A stretch of 43,013 bases of DNA. It comes from a virus. The notes below the pieces were generated by a model. It was given only the letters and a program-made list of their open reading frames with translations. It was not told the origin of the DNA and made no database searches. Positions 1-10,027 of the stretch are shown one piece after another. The translations under genes were made by a program, and so were the position numbers. Position 1 is the stretch's first letter. Every line of letters starts with the position of its first letter. The DNA lies in IMG/VR virus record IMGVR_UViG_3300046733_000343. One strand, 5' to 3'.

Positions 1-91
1 AGGAGAAGGACGCTAAGATGGTTGAAGAAACCGAGGTTGCGGAACCGTCCACCGAGACCGAAGTAATCGAGGACGATAATGCGGTGTCGTC
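1..91. repeat. Terminal overlap, copy 1 (identical to 42923-43013)
   Basis: The string aggagaaggacgctaagatggttgaag...gcggtgtcgtc is present at both window ends. It begins in the RBS and runs into the scaffold ORF. Confidence 0.95.
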
Positions 92-968
92 TGCCGCAGA
101 AAGCGAAACCGAAGCGGATTTGTTGAGCGTCATACAAGACGCGATGCAGCCCGAAGAGGAAACAGAGTCGCACTCTGAGAACGAGGTTGAGGAACCGGAT
201 ACGCTTGTAGCTGAATCTGATGCTGAAAACGATGAAGTAGTCGATGATGCAGAGGATTTTTCTGACGAACCGTTTCATAAACATCCACGTTTTAAGAAAG
301 TATTGGAAGAACGGAACTCATACAAGGATAGTGCTGAAAAGTTTAACGTGATGCAGAATTACCTGATGGACAACCAACTGTCTGGTGACGAAGCCGCAAA
401 AGGTTTGGAGATCATGGCTTTGATGAAAGCCGATCCAATGGCCGCACTTGATGCTCTAAAACCGTATGTGCAGAATTTATCCCAAGCAGCTGGAATTGTG
501 CTGCCGAAAGATATTCAGACCCGTGTTGACGATGGCTACTTAGACGAGGATGCGGGACGCGAGTTGGCGGTTGCGAGAGCTGGAGAGCAAAGGGCTAACG
601 CCCAAGTAAATCAATATGCCCAAGCGCAGCAACAGAACGCCGCGCGGCAGCATATTAACTCGCTGGCTGAAACGGTGACTGCGTGGGAAGAAAAAGCCCG
701 ACAGTCCGATCCAGACTTTAACCTCAAGCAAGAAGAAATTGATGACCGAATTAGGGTTATGGTTTCGGAGCGAGGAAGGCCAAATACGCCGCAAGATGCA
801 ATATCGATGGCGAAAGAGGCTTATGATGCGGTCAACACCCGCTTTCAAACGCGCTTTGCAGACCGACGCCCAATTAAGACGGCATCTGGTGGCAAAATTG
901 GAGGAAGCCCACAAGCGGAACCACAGTCGTTACAAGATGCGATTGCCAATGCTTTGGGCAACTCATAA
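18..968 (+). CDS. Scaffolding protein (acidic; T7 gp9 position)
   Basis: ATG at 18 is preceded by AGGAGAAGGA. The first ~85 aa are extremely Glu/Asp-rich, followed by Gln/Ala-rich helical sequence. The gene lies between portal and capsid. Confidence 0.6.
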   Translation: MVEETEVAEPSTETEVIEDDNAVSSAAESETEADLLSVIQDAMQPEEETESHSENEVEEPDTLVAESDAENDEVVDDAEDFSDEPFHKHPRFKKVLEERNSYKDSAEKFNVMQNYLMDNQLSGDEAAKGLEIMALMKADPMAALDALKPYVQNLSQAAGIVLPKDIQTRVDDGYLDEDAGRELAVARAGEQRANAQVNQYAQAQQQNAARQHINSLAETVTAWEEKARQSDPDFNLKQEEIDDRIRVMVSERGRPNTPQDAISMAKEAYDAVNTRFQTRFADRRPIKTASGGKIGGSPQAEPQSLQDAIANALGNS

Positions 969-985
969 CACGTTAGGAAAGTAAG

Positions 986-2038
986 ATGGCTTTTAGTTCA
1001 GCCGAATTGGACAACATCGCTAACGCTGCCCTCGATTACTACATCGATAAAGGCAACGTTTATTCACAATCACTGCAAGACAAGCCTTTGCTTAAAGCAA
1101 TGGACTCTGGGGCTAAGACATTCCCAGGGGGCAAGGGTGAAATGAGTGTAGCCGTAAAAGGTACTTACACCACTTCAGTTTCTGGATATACGCATAACGA
1201 TACAGTAACTTATGCAAACCCAGCAAACATCAAGCGCGCAAACTACTCATGGAAAGAGCATCACGCTGGTATTTCCTTGACGCTGACCGAACTTAAAAAG
1301 GACGGCATTAGCGTTACTGATAGCACCACATCTTCTGGTGTTTCCAACCACTCTGGGCGCGACCAGACTGTTCTTGCAAACTTGTTCGAAGACAAGCTCG
1401 ACGACATGATGGAAGGGTACACGCGCGGTATCAATGACTTCCTTTATGGCGACGGCACGGCAGACGCTAACGCGATTGCTGGTATTCAGACTTTGGTTTT
1501 GGATGATCCGTCTGCTGTTGGTACTACTGTCGGCGGATTGTCTACCGTGTCAAATACATGGTGGCGCAACCGTTCTAACGTTGCGATTGCGACAACCTCA
1601 ACAGGCCAAGAGCTGATTGAAACTCTTCACTCAGAAATGCGCCAACTCAAGCGTTTTGGCGGCAAGCCTAACGTTGCTGTTTGTGGTTCAGCGTTCCTAG
1701 ATCGTCTTGGTGACGAACTTCGCCGCAATGGTAACTACTCGCAGACTGGCTTCTCACGCGGCCAGAACATCGCAATGGGCGAGATCAGCTACAACGGTCT
1801 GACATTCGCTTATGACCCGACGCTCGATGATCTGACTATTTCTGGAAAAGACCCCAGCAAGCGTTGCTATATCATCGATTCATCTAAGCTGTGCATGTAC
1901 TACATGGACGGTGAAAAGATGAAGCGTCACAGCCCTGCGCGTCCAGCGGATCAGTACGTTATGTATCGTGCTATCACTACTACTGCGGCACTTTCAGCAA
2001 CACAGCTGAACTGCCACGGTGTTTATGAAATTGCATAA
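986..2038 (+). CDS. Major capsid protein
   Basis: 350-aa ORF immediately after the scaffold in a portal-scaffold-capsid order, followed by a strong GC stem-loop. The assignment is positional plus general resemblance to podovirus coat proteins. Confidence 0.7.
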   Translation: MAFSSAELDNIANAALDYYIDKGNVYSQSLQDKPLLKAMDSGAKTFPGGKGEMSVAVKGTYTTSVSGYTHNDTVTYANPANIKRANYSWKEHHAGISLTLTELKKDGISVTDSTTSSGVSNHSGRDQTVLANLFEDKLDDMMEGYTRGINDFLYGDGTADANAIAGIQTLVLDDPSAVGTTVGGLSTVSNTWWRNRSNVAIATTSTGQELIETLHSEMRQLKRFGGKPNVAVCGSAFLDRLGDELRRNGNYSQTGFSRGQNIAMGEISYNGLTFAYDPTLDDLTISGKDPSKRCYIIDSSKLCMYYMDGEKMKRHSPARPADQYVMYRAITTTAALSATQLNCHGVYEIA

Positions 2039-2045
2039 TTTCAAA

Positions 2046-2068
2046 GGGGGGGCGCATTGCGCCCTCCC
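2046..2068 (+). terminator. GC-rich stem-loop after the capsid gene (attenuator or RNA-stabilising hairpin; no U-tract)
   Basis: GGGGGGGCGC (2046-2055) pairs with GCGCCCTCCC (2059-2068) with one G-U pair and an ATT loop. What follows is atcacaatt, not a T run. Confidence 0.45.
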
Positions 2069-2088
2069 ATCACAATTAGGAGGAAACT

Positions 2089-2505
2089 ATGTTTCAACTT
2101 TGCAGATGTACGGTCGCTATTGGTGGGGATATTCGTAGCGTTGTACCAAAAACCCAAGTTACGCCAGCTGAAATAATGCTGCTGCAATCAATTCACGGCG
2201 CTGATGCTGTGACAAACATTCGTGTCATAGGCGAACTGGATTCTACAGTAGACCAAGAGCGCAACCGGCTTGGCAGCTTTTACAAAGATGAAAAAGTTGT
2301 CGGCATGTTCAACCAGTTTGGTGATTTGCCTGCTACTTTAGAGGCTGCGCGCATCCCAAGCGAGTTGCTTGATCCGTCCTGGAAGCCGGAGCCTTTGAAG
2401 CCGATTAAGAGAAGGGCAACTAAGAAGCGCGCCCGTACCGCAAAGGGGCATTTCGTTAAAGATGACCCTGCAACGCCTGAGAACGAGGCATTTGTCGAGG
2501 AATAG
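2089..2505 (+). CDS. Hypothetical virion-module protein with a basic C-terminal segment
   Basis: AGGAGG lies 6 nt upstream of the ATG. 138 aa, with KRRATKKRARTAKG near the C-terminus. Confidence 0.6.
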   Translation: MFQLCRCTVAIGGDIRSVVPKTQVTPAEIMLLQSIHGADAVTNIRVIGELDSTVDQERNRLGSFYKDEKVVGMFNQFGDLPATLEAARIPSELLDPSWKPEPLKPIKRRATKKRARTAKGHFVKDDPATPENEAFVEE

Positions 2506-2508
2506 ATC

Positions 2509-3225
2509 ATGGCTAGAGGTACGTCATTAGGACAGCTGATTGATGATTTGAGAGCGGAAGTTGGTCATTCCTTGCAGCCGAATTTAGGCAAGGCGACACG
2601 CGATGTTTTCATTAACATGCTGCAAAGAACGCAAAGGCGGTTGTGGGACGACTACAGCTGGCCTTTTCTTTCCATTACGCGCGACATCGCGATTAGTGCT
2701 GGGCAGCGTTACTATGACGTACCTAATGATCTAGTGTTTGAGCGCATCGAGCGCATGGAAACAAAACACGGAGATTACTGGTCAAAGCTCAAATATGGCA
2801 TTACCGCAGAACACTACAATCAACATGATAGTGATCGCGGCATTCGCTCGTCACCTATTCGTCGCTACGACGCATACGAAAACAATCAGATCGAAATGTG
2901 GCCGATCCCTTCTAACAACTCTGATGCTGCAACAGGCACAGACAGTGTTCGCGTTCATGGCATCAAGAATTTAAGTCAGTTTACCGGCGAGGCCGACACT
3001 GCGGATTTGGATGACCAGCTGATTGTTCTCTATGCTGCGGCAGAAATTCTGGCGCGTCAAAAGCAGGCTGATGCTCAAAACAAAATTGCGCAGGCTCAAG
3101 CGCATTACGCGCGTCTTAAAGCGCGTATGGCTAAGACTGAAACCTTTGTCATTGGCGGCGGTGAGCCAGACGGCATGTATCGCCCTAAAGGCCCACCATT
3201 GATTGCCACAACAGGAAATAGCTGA
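2509..3225 (+). CDS. Virion protein, head-tail adaptor / tail tubular A-like (position-based)
   Basis: 238 aa. It occupies the T7 gp11 position between the capsid and the large nozzle-like ORF, and its stop overlaps the next start (TGATG). Confidence 0.45.
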   Translation: MARGTSLGQLIDDLRAEVGHSLQPNLGKATRDVFINMLQRTQRRLWDDYSWPFLSITRDIAISAGQRYYDVPNDLVFERIERMETKHGDYWSKLKYGITAEHYNQHDSDRGIRSSPIRRYDAYENNQIEMWPIPSNNSDAATGTDSVRVHGIKNLSQFTGEADTADLDDQLIVLYAAAEILARQKQADAQNKIAQAQAHYARLKARMAKTETFVIGGGEPDGMYRPKGPPLIATTGNS

Positions 3226-5291
3226 TGCCTTATATTTTGGTCGAAGACTTCCGTGGCGGCTTAGATCGTCGGCGCATGAATGTCACAGCCGCTCCGGGTA
3301 CTTTGATCGAGCTAAAGAACGCGCACATCACGCGAGGTGGTGAGATCGAGAAGCGCCCAGCGTTTGTTGAGCTTGTTACTTTGCCAACTAATACCATTGG
3401 TCTAGCCGCTTCTGCTGGCCAGATTTACACCTTCGGGTCTGATGCAGCGTCTAGCGTCACTTTCCCAGCTGATACGCCGTCTAACGTGACTTACATTAGG
3501 TTGCAGCATCCTAGTGGCGAAGAACTGACTAACGTTTTAAAAGCAACGTTTTATAACGGTAAGGTATATGCAGCTGCGCAATTTGCCGATGGCCGAATAT
3601 ACCATTACTTTGATGGTGTGCGGATTACTGATTGGTTTGATGGTCGTGCGCGCAATACATTCGAGGTGACTGCCGGTACTGCTGGCGGGACTGCCGCTAC
3701 AGCTTCTTTCGAGGTGACTGGCGGCACAAGCAACCCTGGTGACGAGTTGCGGATTTTGCGGATTAACGCTGTCGATCTAATTAGTAGCCCTGTGTCTCAC
3801 AACGGCTCGAACAACCTAACAGCGTCTAATGTTGCAGCGGCTATTACCTCTGGCCCTAGCGACTACACAGCTCAAGCGGCTGGCAACGTGGTTACGATTA
3901 CAGCGCCTGCGGTCGGCATTACATATAACGGATACCAGCTTACTGCCGAAGTTGATGGGGCATTTACTGTTGGCAACATTTCTCACGCCTCTGGCGGTAT
4001 TGATAATGCTATAACAGCTATTACCGTCGATGGCGTTAACCTTATCGGAAATCAGGTGACTTGGGAGACTTCGCATACCTACACAGCACTAAAAATTGCG
4101 GAAGCTATAAATGATTTTGCATCTGGTCCTGAGTACGAAGCGACAAGCGTTAACCAGTTTGTAAACATAATATCTAAAGAAAGCGGATCGTCTCAAAACA
4201 ACAAGGCGGTGTCTATCACAACGAGCGGAAACGTCACTACAGCGTTTGACCCTGTTTCGCAGACTTACTTAGACGGCGGCGCTGATGCCTCTACAATCAA
4301 CGCATACAGCCCTGGGGCTTTTGTCATCCCGGTCAAAACAAAGATGTACGCGCTGTCAGACAGTTTGCTTCACTTTTCCGCGATAGATGATCCGACAGAG
4401 TGGAACGACACAACGTTGGGCGCGGGTTTTATCAACCTTGCTAACCACTCACGCGGTTCTGAAGACCTCAAGGCGATTGCGACATACTTTGACAATATTG
4501 CCGTTCTTGCTGAAGAGGCGATACAGATTTGGTTTGTTGATGCTGACGAAGCCCTCAATCAACAAATACAAGTTTTGCAAAACACTGGAACGATTGCGCC
4601 GGATAGTGTTGTCGAGTTTGGCGAGAACGACGTGTTCTACTTGTCGCTGTCTGGACTGCGCAGTTTGCGTTCACGCGACAGCTCCAACGCCGCGTTTGTT
4701 GGTGACATTGGCAACCCTATTGACGAGCTGATTGTTGACCAAATCCAAGCAAACCGATCTGTTGCAGAGCTGGCAAAGGCGACGCTCGAGCAACGTGACG
4801 GACGTTACATACTCGCTATCGGCAGCAAAATGTATGTGTTTAGCTTCTTTCCTTCATCTAAAGTGTCAGCTTGGTCCGTTTACGAGCCTGGGTTTGTTGT
4901 GGATCAATGGGCATATGATGGTCGGCAGACTTTATGCAGAAGCGGCAACAAGCTCTACTCATTGGGCGGTGAGAACGGCAACATTTATGACAGCTGCGAG
5001 GTTGTTGTTCAGATGCCGTTCTTGGATGGCAGCAGCCCAGCAACGTTTAAGGATTTAACGGGTATTGACGTCACTTGTGAAAACGTCTGGACAGTTTCGA
5101 TAGCCACTGATCCGCAAGATATAACGGCGTTGGAGGAAGTGGCGACAGTTTTCAAGACGACTTACGGGTTGGGGCGCGCAGCGGTCAACGGTTATACTAC
5201 GCACGTTGCTCCCAGATTGACGTGTGAAAAGCCAGGTCCAGCAAAGCTAGGAAACCTGGCAGTCCACTATACATCAGCGGAGAGTGGTTAA
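3225..5291 (+). CDS. Virion protein, tail tubular B / nozzle-like (position-based)
   Basis: 688 aa in the T7 gp12 position. It is translationally coupled on both sides (TGATG and TAATG). Confidence 0.45.
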   Translation: MPYILVEDFRGGLDRRRMNVTAAPGTLIELKNAHITRGGEIEKRPAFVELVTLPTNTIGLAASAGQIYTFGSDAASSVTFPADTPSNVTYIRLQHPSGEELTNVLKATFYNGKVYAAAQFADGRIYHYFDGVRITDWFDGRARNTFEVTAGTAGGTAATASFEVTGGTSNPGDELRILRINAVDLISSPVSHNGSNNLTASNVAAAITSGPSDYTAQAAGNVVTITAPAVGITYNGYQLTAEVDGAFTVGNISHASGGIDNAITAITVDGVNLIGNQVTWETSHTYTALKIAEAINDFASGPEYEATSVNQFVNIISKESGSSQNNKAVSITTSGNVTTAFDPVSQTYLDGGADASTINAYSPGAFVIPVKTKMYALSDSLLHFSAIDDPTEWNDTTLGAGFINLANHSRGSEDLKAIATYFDNIAVLAEEAIQIWFVDADEALNQQIQVLQNTGTIAPDSVVEFGENDVFYLSLSGLRSLRSRDSSNAAFVGDIGNPIDELIVDQIQANRSVAELAKATLEQRDGRYILAIGSKMYVFSFFPSSKVSAWSVYEPGFVVDQWAYDGRQTLCRSGNKLYSLGGENGNIYDSCEVVVQMPFLDGSSPATFKDLTGIDVTCENVWTVSIATDPQDITALEEVATVFKTTYGLGRAAVNGYTTHVAPRLTCEKPGPAKLGNLAVHYTSAESG

Positions 5292-5797
5292 TGTTTTTAC
5301 GCCATGCGGAGCCTCAAGACATTTTCACAGTCGCTCGAAATATGCGTGAACGTGACTTCCAAGAAATATCAGCACTTAGATATGACGATGATCGAAATGA
5401 AATGGCATACAACATTACCAATCAAATTGCAGAGTTTGAAACAGTATATGTTGTTGGAGATACGGAGCCAGTTGCAATTGTTTCATATCTTCCTGTTCGA
5501 CCTGGTGTCTGGAATTTGGGGATGTTTGCGACTGACAGGTTCAAAAGTGTAGGACTTTACCTGACAAAGCGCATCATTCGAGATATAATACCAGCATTAG
5601 ATCGAGCCAAAGCGCATCGGGTCGAGGCGTTCAGTATCGAAGGTTACGACGAAGTACACAGTTGGCTGGATTTTTTGGGGCTTGAAGAGGAATGCACGTT
5701 GGAAAGCTACGGAAAAAACGGTGAGGATTTCAAGGTTTTTTCTTGGGTGCGGTCAACAGAAGACAGTGTTGTCTGGCGCAATCGGAGGTTGAATTAA
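5291..5797 (+). CDS. Internal virion protein A-like (T7 gp13-like / GNAT-like fold suspected)
   Basis: 168 aa. The N-terminus LRHAEPQDIFTVARNMRERDFQEISAL resembles the gp13-family pattern from memory. It is the first gene after the nozzle-like ORF. Confidence 0.4.
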   Translation: MFLRHAEPQDIFTVARNMRERDFQEISALRYDDDRNEMAYNITNQIAEFETVYVVGDTEPVAIVSYLPVRPGVWNLGMFATDRFKSVGLYLTKRIIRDIIPALDRAKAHRVEAFSIEGYDEVHSWLDFLGLEEECTLESYGKNGEDFKVFSWVRSTEDSVVWRNRRLN

Positions 5798-5798
5798 T

Positions 5799-6413
5799 AT
5801 GTGTTTGGGTGGTGGCGGAGACGACTTTCTAAAAGACGAGTACGCTCGGCAAAGAGCCGAAGAGGAAGCTCGGCAAGGGCGGATAACTGAAGGCAAGGCG
5901 GCTATCGACGCCGCAATGGCTGGTTACGACGATGACTTTTATGCCGGTCAAGCGCAGAATTACATAGATTACGCGACACCTCAGATTGAGGATCAGTACA
6001 CGGATGCGATGGGGGGCTTGATCCGCGCTTTGTCCAGAAGTGGCATGTCACAAAGTTCTGTTGCCGCAAAACGTAAGGCTGATTTGCAAGAGAAGCTTAA
6101 CAACGCCCAAGTTGATGCAGCTCGACAAGGTGAAGCATTTGCTAACGACACGCGATCAGCGCTTGCAGGTGTGAAGAATAACCTCATAGCCCAGAACCAA
6201 TCTTTAGCTGATCCGACTTTGATTGCCAGTATGGCGGCAAACCAAAGTAATGCAGCTTCTCAATTGCCGTCTTACAATCCAGTTGCTCAGATATTTGCCG
6301 ATGCGACTTCAGGCTTGGCGACGCAGAGCCAGTTAGAAGCGCGCGGTAAAAATAGATATAATATGGCTGAATTGTTCAGCCTCGACGGCGGGTCAGCGAG
6401 GAACGTAGGCTAA
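5799..6413 (+). CDS. Internal virion protein (hypothetical)
   Basis: 204 aa, Ala/Gln-rich and helical, in the coupled structural operon (stop/start TAATG with the next gene). Confidence 0.5.
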   Translation: MCLGGGGDDFLKDEYARQRAEEEARQGRITEGKAAIDAAMAGYDDDFYAGQAQNYIDYATPQIEDQYTDAMGGLIRALSRSGMSQSSVAAKRKADLQEKLNNAQVDAARQGEAFANDTRSALAGVKNNLIAQNQSLADPTLIASMAANQSNAASQLPSYNPVAQIFADATSGLATQSQLEARGKNRYNMAELFSLDGGSARNVG

Positions 6414-8116
6414 TGAAGATTATGCAACTTTCTAAGCGCAAGGGTGAGACTGGCGGCGCTCCACGTCAGACTGAAATCATGGGTCAGCCGCACATGCTGG
6501 CGTATATAAATGAAGCTGAACGCCAGATGCTTAAACGGGCAGGGGGTAGCGAACTGCCCGGCCCAGAAGGCGTACCTTCATATATAAGCTGGTCAGATAT
6601 TGGCAATGCCATTAAAGATACTTTTTCTGAAATCACATCCGGTGGTGCAGCGCATACAGAGACCTACAACGGTAGCAATGACAGCAAAATTGCGCCAAAG
6701 ACATCGATTAGACCTAGACCAAGACCCGCATCAATCGAAAACAACAACAACGACAATGATAGCGATTCCACAATACCGGTAGAGCAGCAAGCTGTCATTC
6801 CGACGGCTCAAAATCAAGGCGTTCGTAAGGATGCTGTGGACAAGATACTTGTTGAAAAGTACGGCTGGACGATGGGTCCAAACGGGGATGCGTTAAGTCC
6901 CGCCCAGGCTGCTGCACTACCCCAAACAAATCCGTCTACTGGAGACGCAAACAAGGGGATGGCTGAAAGTATGTTGGGAGTTGGTGTGTTAAACGCCGGC
7001 GGAAAAACTGTCCCAGAAGAACCAGCCAATCCGGGCAACCCGCCAATTCTTCAAAACGACGGTTCTACCGGAAAATATACAGTCGCTGGCGCACTCGATC
7101 CCAGTCAGCCAGCAAGCGTGGCTACGAATGAGGATGGATCGATTTACTACCCGACCGATAACGAAGTTAACAATGCAAATACTCGAGGTGTTGATAACCT
7201 TATTAACACTGGTGATGATAGTGGTCTGATACGGATAGATGCTCCAACCGGCCCCGGTGGTAATGTGACATATACAAACGGAAACGGTGTCACAATCGCC
7301 GGTCCAGAAAAGCCAATAAATACAATTAATGAAGATGGCGATTACACAGCCGGAGGCGGATCAACAGTTACTACTGGCGGCGGTGGCGGTACAACAATTA
7401 CCGGCGGAGGCGGTGAGGACAGCACTCCAGCACCGCCCCCAGTCAACCAGGCACTCCTAGACGCATTAGCAAGACGTGATGCTGCATTATCGACACAGAT
7501 GGGCAACATTGGAACGGCATTCGGCTTCTCGAATGACGATTACTACAATCAGCTAGGTACAGATTACCGAGAAGGTGGACTATCAGAAGCATTTACAACG
7601 GCTTATGATGATGCCACTCGCGGTATTTATGATACCTTTAAATCTGCTGGTATGCTTACGCAGCAAGGTGTTGACGACTCTATGGGTATCCTGGCTAGTG
7701 CCGAAGGTGGCGAAGAGGGCCGCATCGATGGTATTGTCAATCAGTACACCACAGCCAATCGCAATTTTGTTAATGACGGGCGCACCGGCATGGAAGGTAC
7801 GTTGTCTGGCTTTGTTACTGAAACTGAAGACATACCGACCATCGATGCGCAGACTGCTCAAATCCTTGGCTATGATGTTGCAGGCAATGCGCAGCCGTTC
7901 AAGACACCCAAAGAACAAGAGGTTGTGGATTTCTTCACTGACTTCGTGAAGCGGTCCTACGATCCAAGTTACAATGTTGATCCGACAGCGGTTGCCAGTG
8001 GTGGCCCAAGCCGAGTTTCCGGCTCCGTTGACCAGCTTGGCGCTGGTACTCAACCCTCGACTATTGCTGGTATTTTGGACCCAGTGGCAGGCGGCAGCGT
8101 GAAGGTGATAGGCTAA
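6413..8116 (+). CDS. Internal virion / ejection protein (hypothetical) with Gly-rich tract
   Basis: 567 aa. N-terminal motif GQPHMLAYINEAERQMLKRAGGSELPGPEGVPSY, a TGGGGGTTITGGGGEDSTPAPPP tract, and coupled starts on both sides. Confidence 0.5.
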   Translation: MKIMQLSKRKGETGGAPRQTEIMGQPHMLAYINEAERQMLKRAGGSELPGPEGVPSYISWSDIGNAIKDTFSEITSGGAAHTETYNGSNDSKIAPKTSIRPRPRPASIENNNNDNDSDSTIPVEQQAVIPTAQNQGVRKDAVDKILVEKYGWTMGPNGDALSPAQAAALPQTNPSTGDANKGMAESMLGVGVLNAGGKTVPEEPANPGNPPILQNDGSTGKYTVAGALDPSQPASVATNEDGSIYYPTDNEVNNANTRGVDNLINTGDDSGLIRIDAPTGPGGNVTYTNGNGVTIAGPEKPINTINEDGDYTAGGGSTVTTGGGGGTTITGGGGEDSTPAPPPVNQALLDALARRDAALSTQMGNIGTAFGFSNDDYYNQLGTDYREGGLSEAFTTAYDDATRGIYDTFKSAGMLTQQGVDDSMGILASAEGGEEGRIDGIVNQYTTANRNFVNDGRTGMEGTLSGFVTETEDIPTIDAQTAQILGYDVAGNAQPFKTPKEQEVVDFFTDFVKRSYDPSYNVDPTAVASGGPSRVSGSVDQLGAGTQPSTIAGILDPVAGGSVKVIG

Positions 8117-8745
8117 TGTGTGATCCAACTCTAATAGCAAGTATCGGCGCTCAAGTGATTGGGCAGCAAGTGCAAGGCAATGCGATCAAAGACGCAAACG
8201 CTGGCAAAGCCCTTCTTATGCGAGAAAACGCAGAACAGAACCGGCAGCTGGAAGATACCCAACGCGCGGCGATCCAAGAAGCTGTTGTCGCAGCCGACTC
8301 CACAGCTGGGAAGCCGGGCATGGAGGCTGCTGCTGTTGATTTATCCAACATACTAAAAGCCGCAATAACGGGCGGTGGAGCGCAGACAAACACAAGAACC
8401 AGCTCTGCGCCCCAAATTGTGCGTGATGCAGAGGCAGCTGCGGCTCAAACGGCTATGATGAAAGCGAACCAACGAGCAAGTGCAATCGCAAGCCTGGACG
8501 CCACAAGTAAATACTTAGGAACAACCATTGCGCCTAAGATTGCCGATGCAGCCGCTATAGGCGGCATGACTGGCAACTTCATGAGCGGCAACAGCGCCGT
8601 TACTGACACCGGCCTTCAATATGCAGCATCCAAGGCATACTCACCGATGGCTCAAATACTTTCTGGTGCAGGCCAAACAGGGATGGCCTACGGCATGTAT
8701 GACCCCGACAAAGTTCCAACCGATAAAATAGTCTCGACAGCGTAG
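8116..8745 (+). CDS. Internal virion protein (hypothetical)
   Basis: 209 aa, Ala-rich. TAATG coupling with the upstream gene. Confidence 0.5.
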   Translation: MCDPTLIASIGAQVIGQQVQGNAIKDANAGKALLMRENAEQNRQLEDTQRAAIQEAVVAADSTAGKPGMEAAAVDLSNILKAAITGGGAQTNTRTSSAPQIVRDAEAAAAQTAMMKANQRASAIASLDATSKYLGTTIAPKIADAAAIGGMTGNFMSGNSAVTDTGLQYAASKAYSPMAQILSGAGQTGMAYGMYDPDKVPTDKIVSTA

Positions 8746-8755
8746 AGGATTTACA

Positions 8756-10027
8756 ATGCCACGCCAAAACCCCTACATGATGGACCCTTTGCTGGCTCAA
8801 GGCTTTTCGAATTTGACGAAGGCTCTGATCGGTGATCCCGAAACAGATTATCAGGTGGCTAGGACAAACCGGGTCAACGAGCTTTTGCCTTTGGAAAAGC
8901 AACAAATGCAAGCGCAAATAGGTGGTACTAATGCTAGTGCAGCTGCGGCTAGGGCTTTGGAGACACTCCGTCAAGCGCAAACGTTGACTGAAAACCAGTT
9001 GCGCGACCCCCGTGTGCAGACGGAACTTGCCAACGCGAAGGCGACATTAGCATTAGCAGGCGAAAGGGACGCAAGTGCGGCATTCATCGGATCGCAGCGA
9101 GCTACAGAAGAGGCTCTTCGCACTCCAAGAGTCGACAAAATTAACGCAGAAGGCGCTGCCGCTACTGCTTTGGAGCAATCTAGGTTAGCGGATGCAATGT
9201 TTAGGGGAGCGCAGACCGCTACAGAAACTGCTCTTCGTACTCCAAAAGTTGGTAAAATTAATGCAGAAGGCGCTGCCGCGACTGCTTTAGAGCAATCTAG
9301 GTTAGCAGATGCAGCGCTTGCGGGAGCGAAGACTACTACAGAAACTGCTCTTCGTACTCCAACAATTGGTAAAACTAATGCAGAAGGCGCTGCCGCGACT
9401 GCTTTGGCTGCCGAAAGAAACTCCGCAGCAGACCTTAACAGAGCCAAGGCCGAATCCGAAGGCCGAATAATTCTTAACGCCGGTCAGACAATCGTGACTA
9501 CAGGTGCTGATGGGCAGCAACAAGAATACACTGCTCCAGAGACTGTCGAGGTAGTTTTAGAGCCTGGGGAGGAAGCCGTTGTTATAAATGCAGACGGCTC
9601 ACAGACACGGCTAAAAGGACCGGCAGGGACCGGAGACCCGAAAGATGCTGCTGCTCTTCTTGAAGGCATCGACGGCCAGTTAAATACATTCTTTGAATCA
9701 GAGGCATGGAGTAAAGTAAGCCCAACTTTACTACGGCGCATTCGATCTTCGATGACAGCGGCAAGTAAAGGACAAAACCTTACAGATGCTGCGGAAAAAA
9801 TACAGGCACTAATGTCTGATACCTATAAGGGCCAAAACATTGTCGAGCTTCAAGGTGGTTGGGGTGACGGTGCAGCATTTTACGTTCCAGGATACATTCT
9901 TAATTTTATTTCAGATGCGATTGCGGACAACAGCACTCCTAAAGCAAGTGCAATTGCCAAGGAATACGGGCTTTCACTTCAAGAGTCTGAATCTGTATTG
10001 AAGTTTTTAGGGGTTGAAAATGGCTGA
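8756..10027 (+). CDS. Internal virion protein with three tandem 39-aa repeats
   Basis: GAGGA RBS. 423 aa containing the repeats TE(E/T)ALRTP.(V/I)(D/G)K(I/T)NAEGAAATAL.... Confidence 0.55.
   Translation: MPRQNPYMMDPLLAQGFSNLTKALIGDPETDYQVARTNRVNELLPLEKQQMQAQIGGTNASAAAARALETLRQAQTLTENQLRDPRVQTELANAKATLALAGERDASAAFIGSQRATEEALRTPRVDKINAEGAAATALEQSRLADAMFRGAQTATETALRTPKVGKINAEGAAATALEQSRLADAALAGAKTTTETALRTPTIGKTNAEGAAATALAAERNSAADLNRAKAESEGRIILNAGQTIVTTGADGQQQEYTAPETVEVVLEPGEEAVVINADGSQTRLKGPAGTGDPKDAAALLEGIDGQLNTFFESEAWSKVSPTLLRRIRSSMTAASKGQNLTDAAEKIQALMSDTYKGQNIVELQGGWGDGAAFYVPGYILNFISDAIADNSTPKASAIAKEYGLSLQESESVLKFLGVENG
9104..9420 (+). repeat. Three in-frame tandem repeats of 117 bp (third partial)
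   Basis: Unit starts acagaa(g/a)(a/c)(g/t)gctcttcg occur at 9104, 9221 and 9338, exactly 117 nt apart. Confidence 0.9.

Noticed and set aside
7583-8140. 185-aa - strand ORF and 124-aa + strand alternative-frame ORF inside 6413-8116
   Set aside because: They sit inside a translationally coupled structural operon, and the sense ORF is far longer. There is no independent support.
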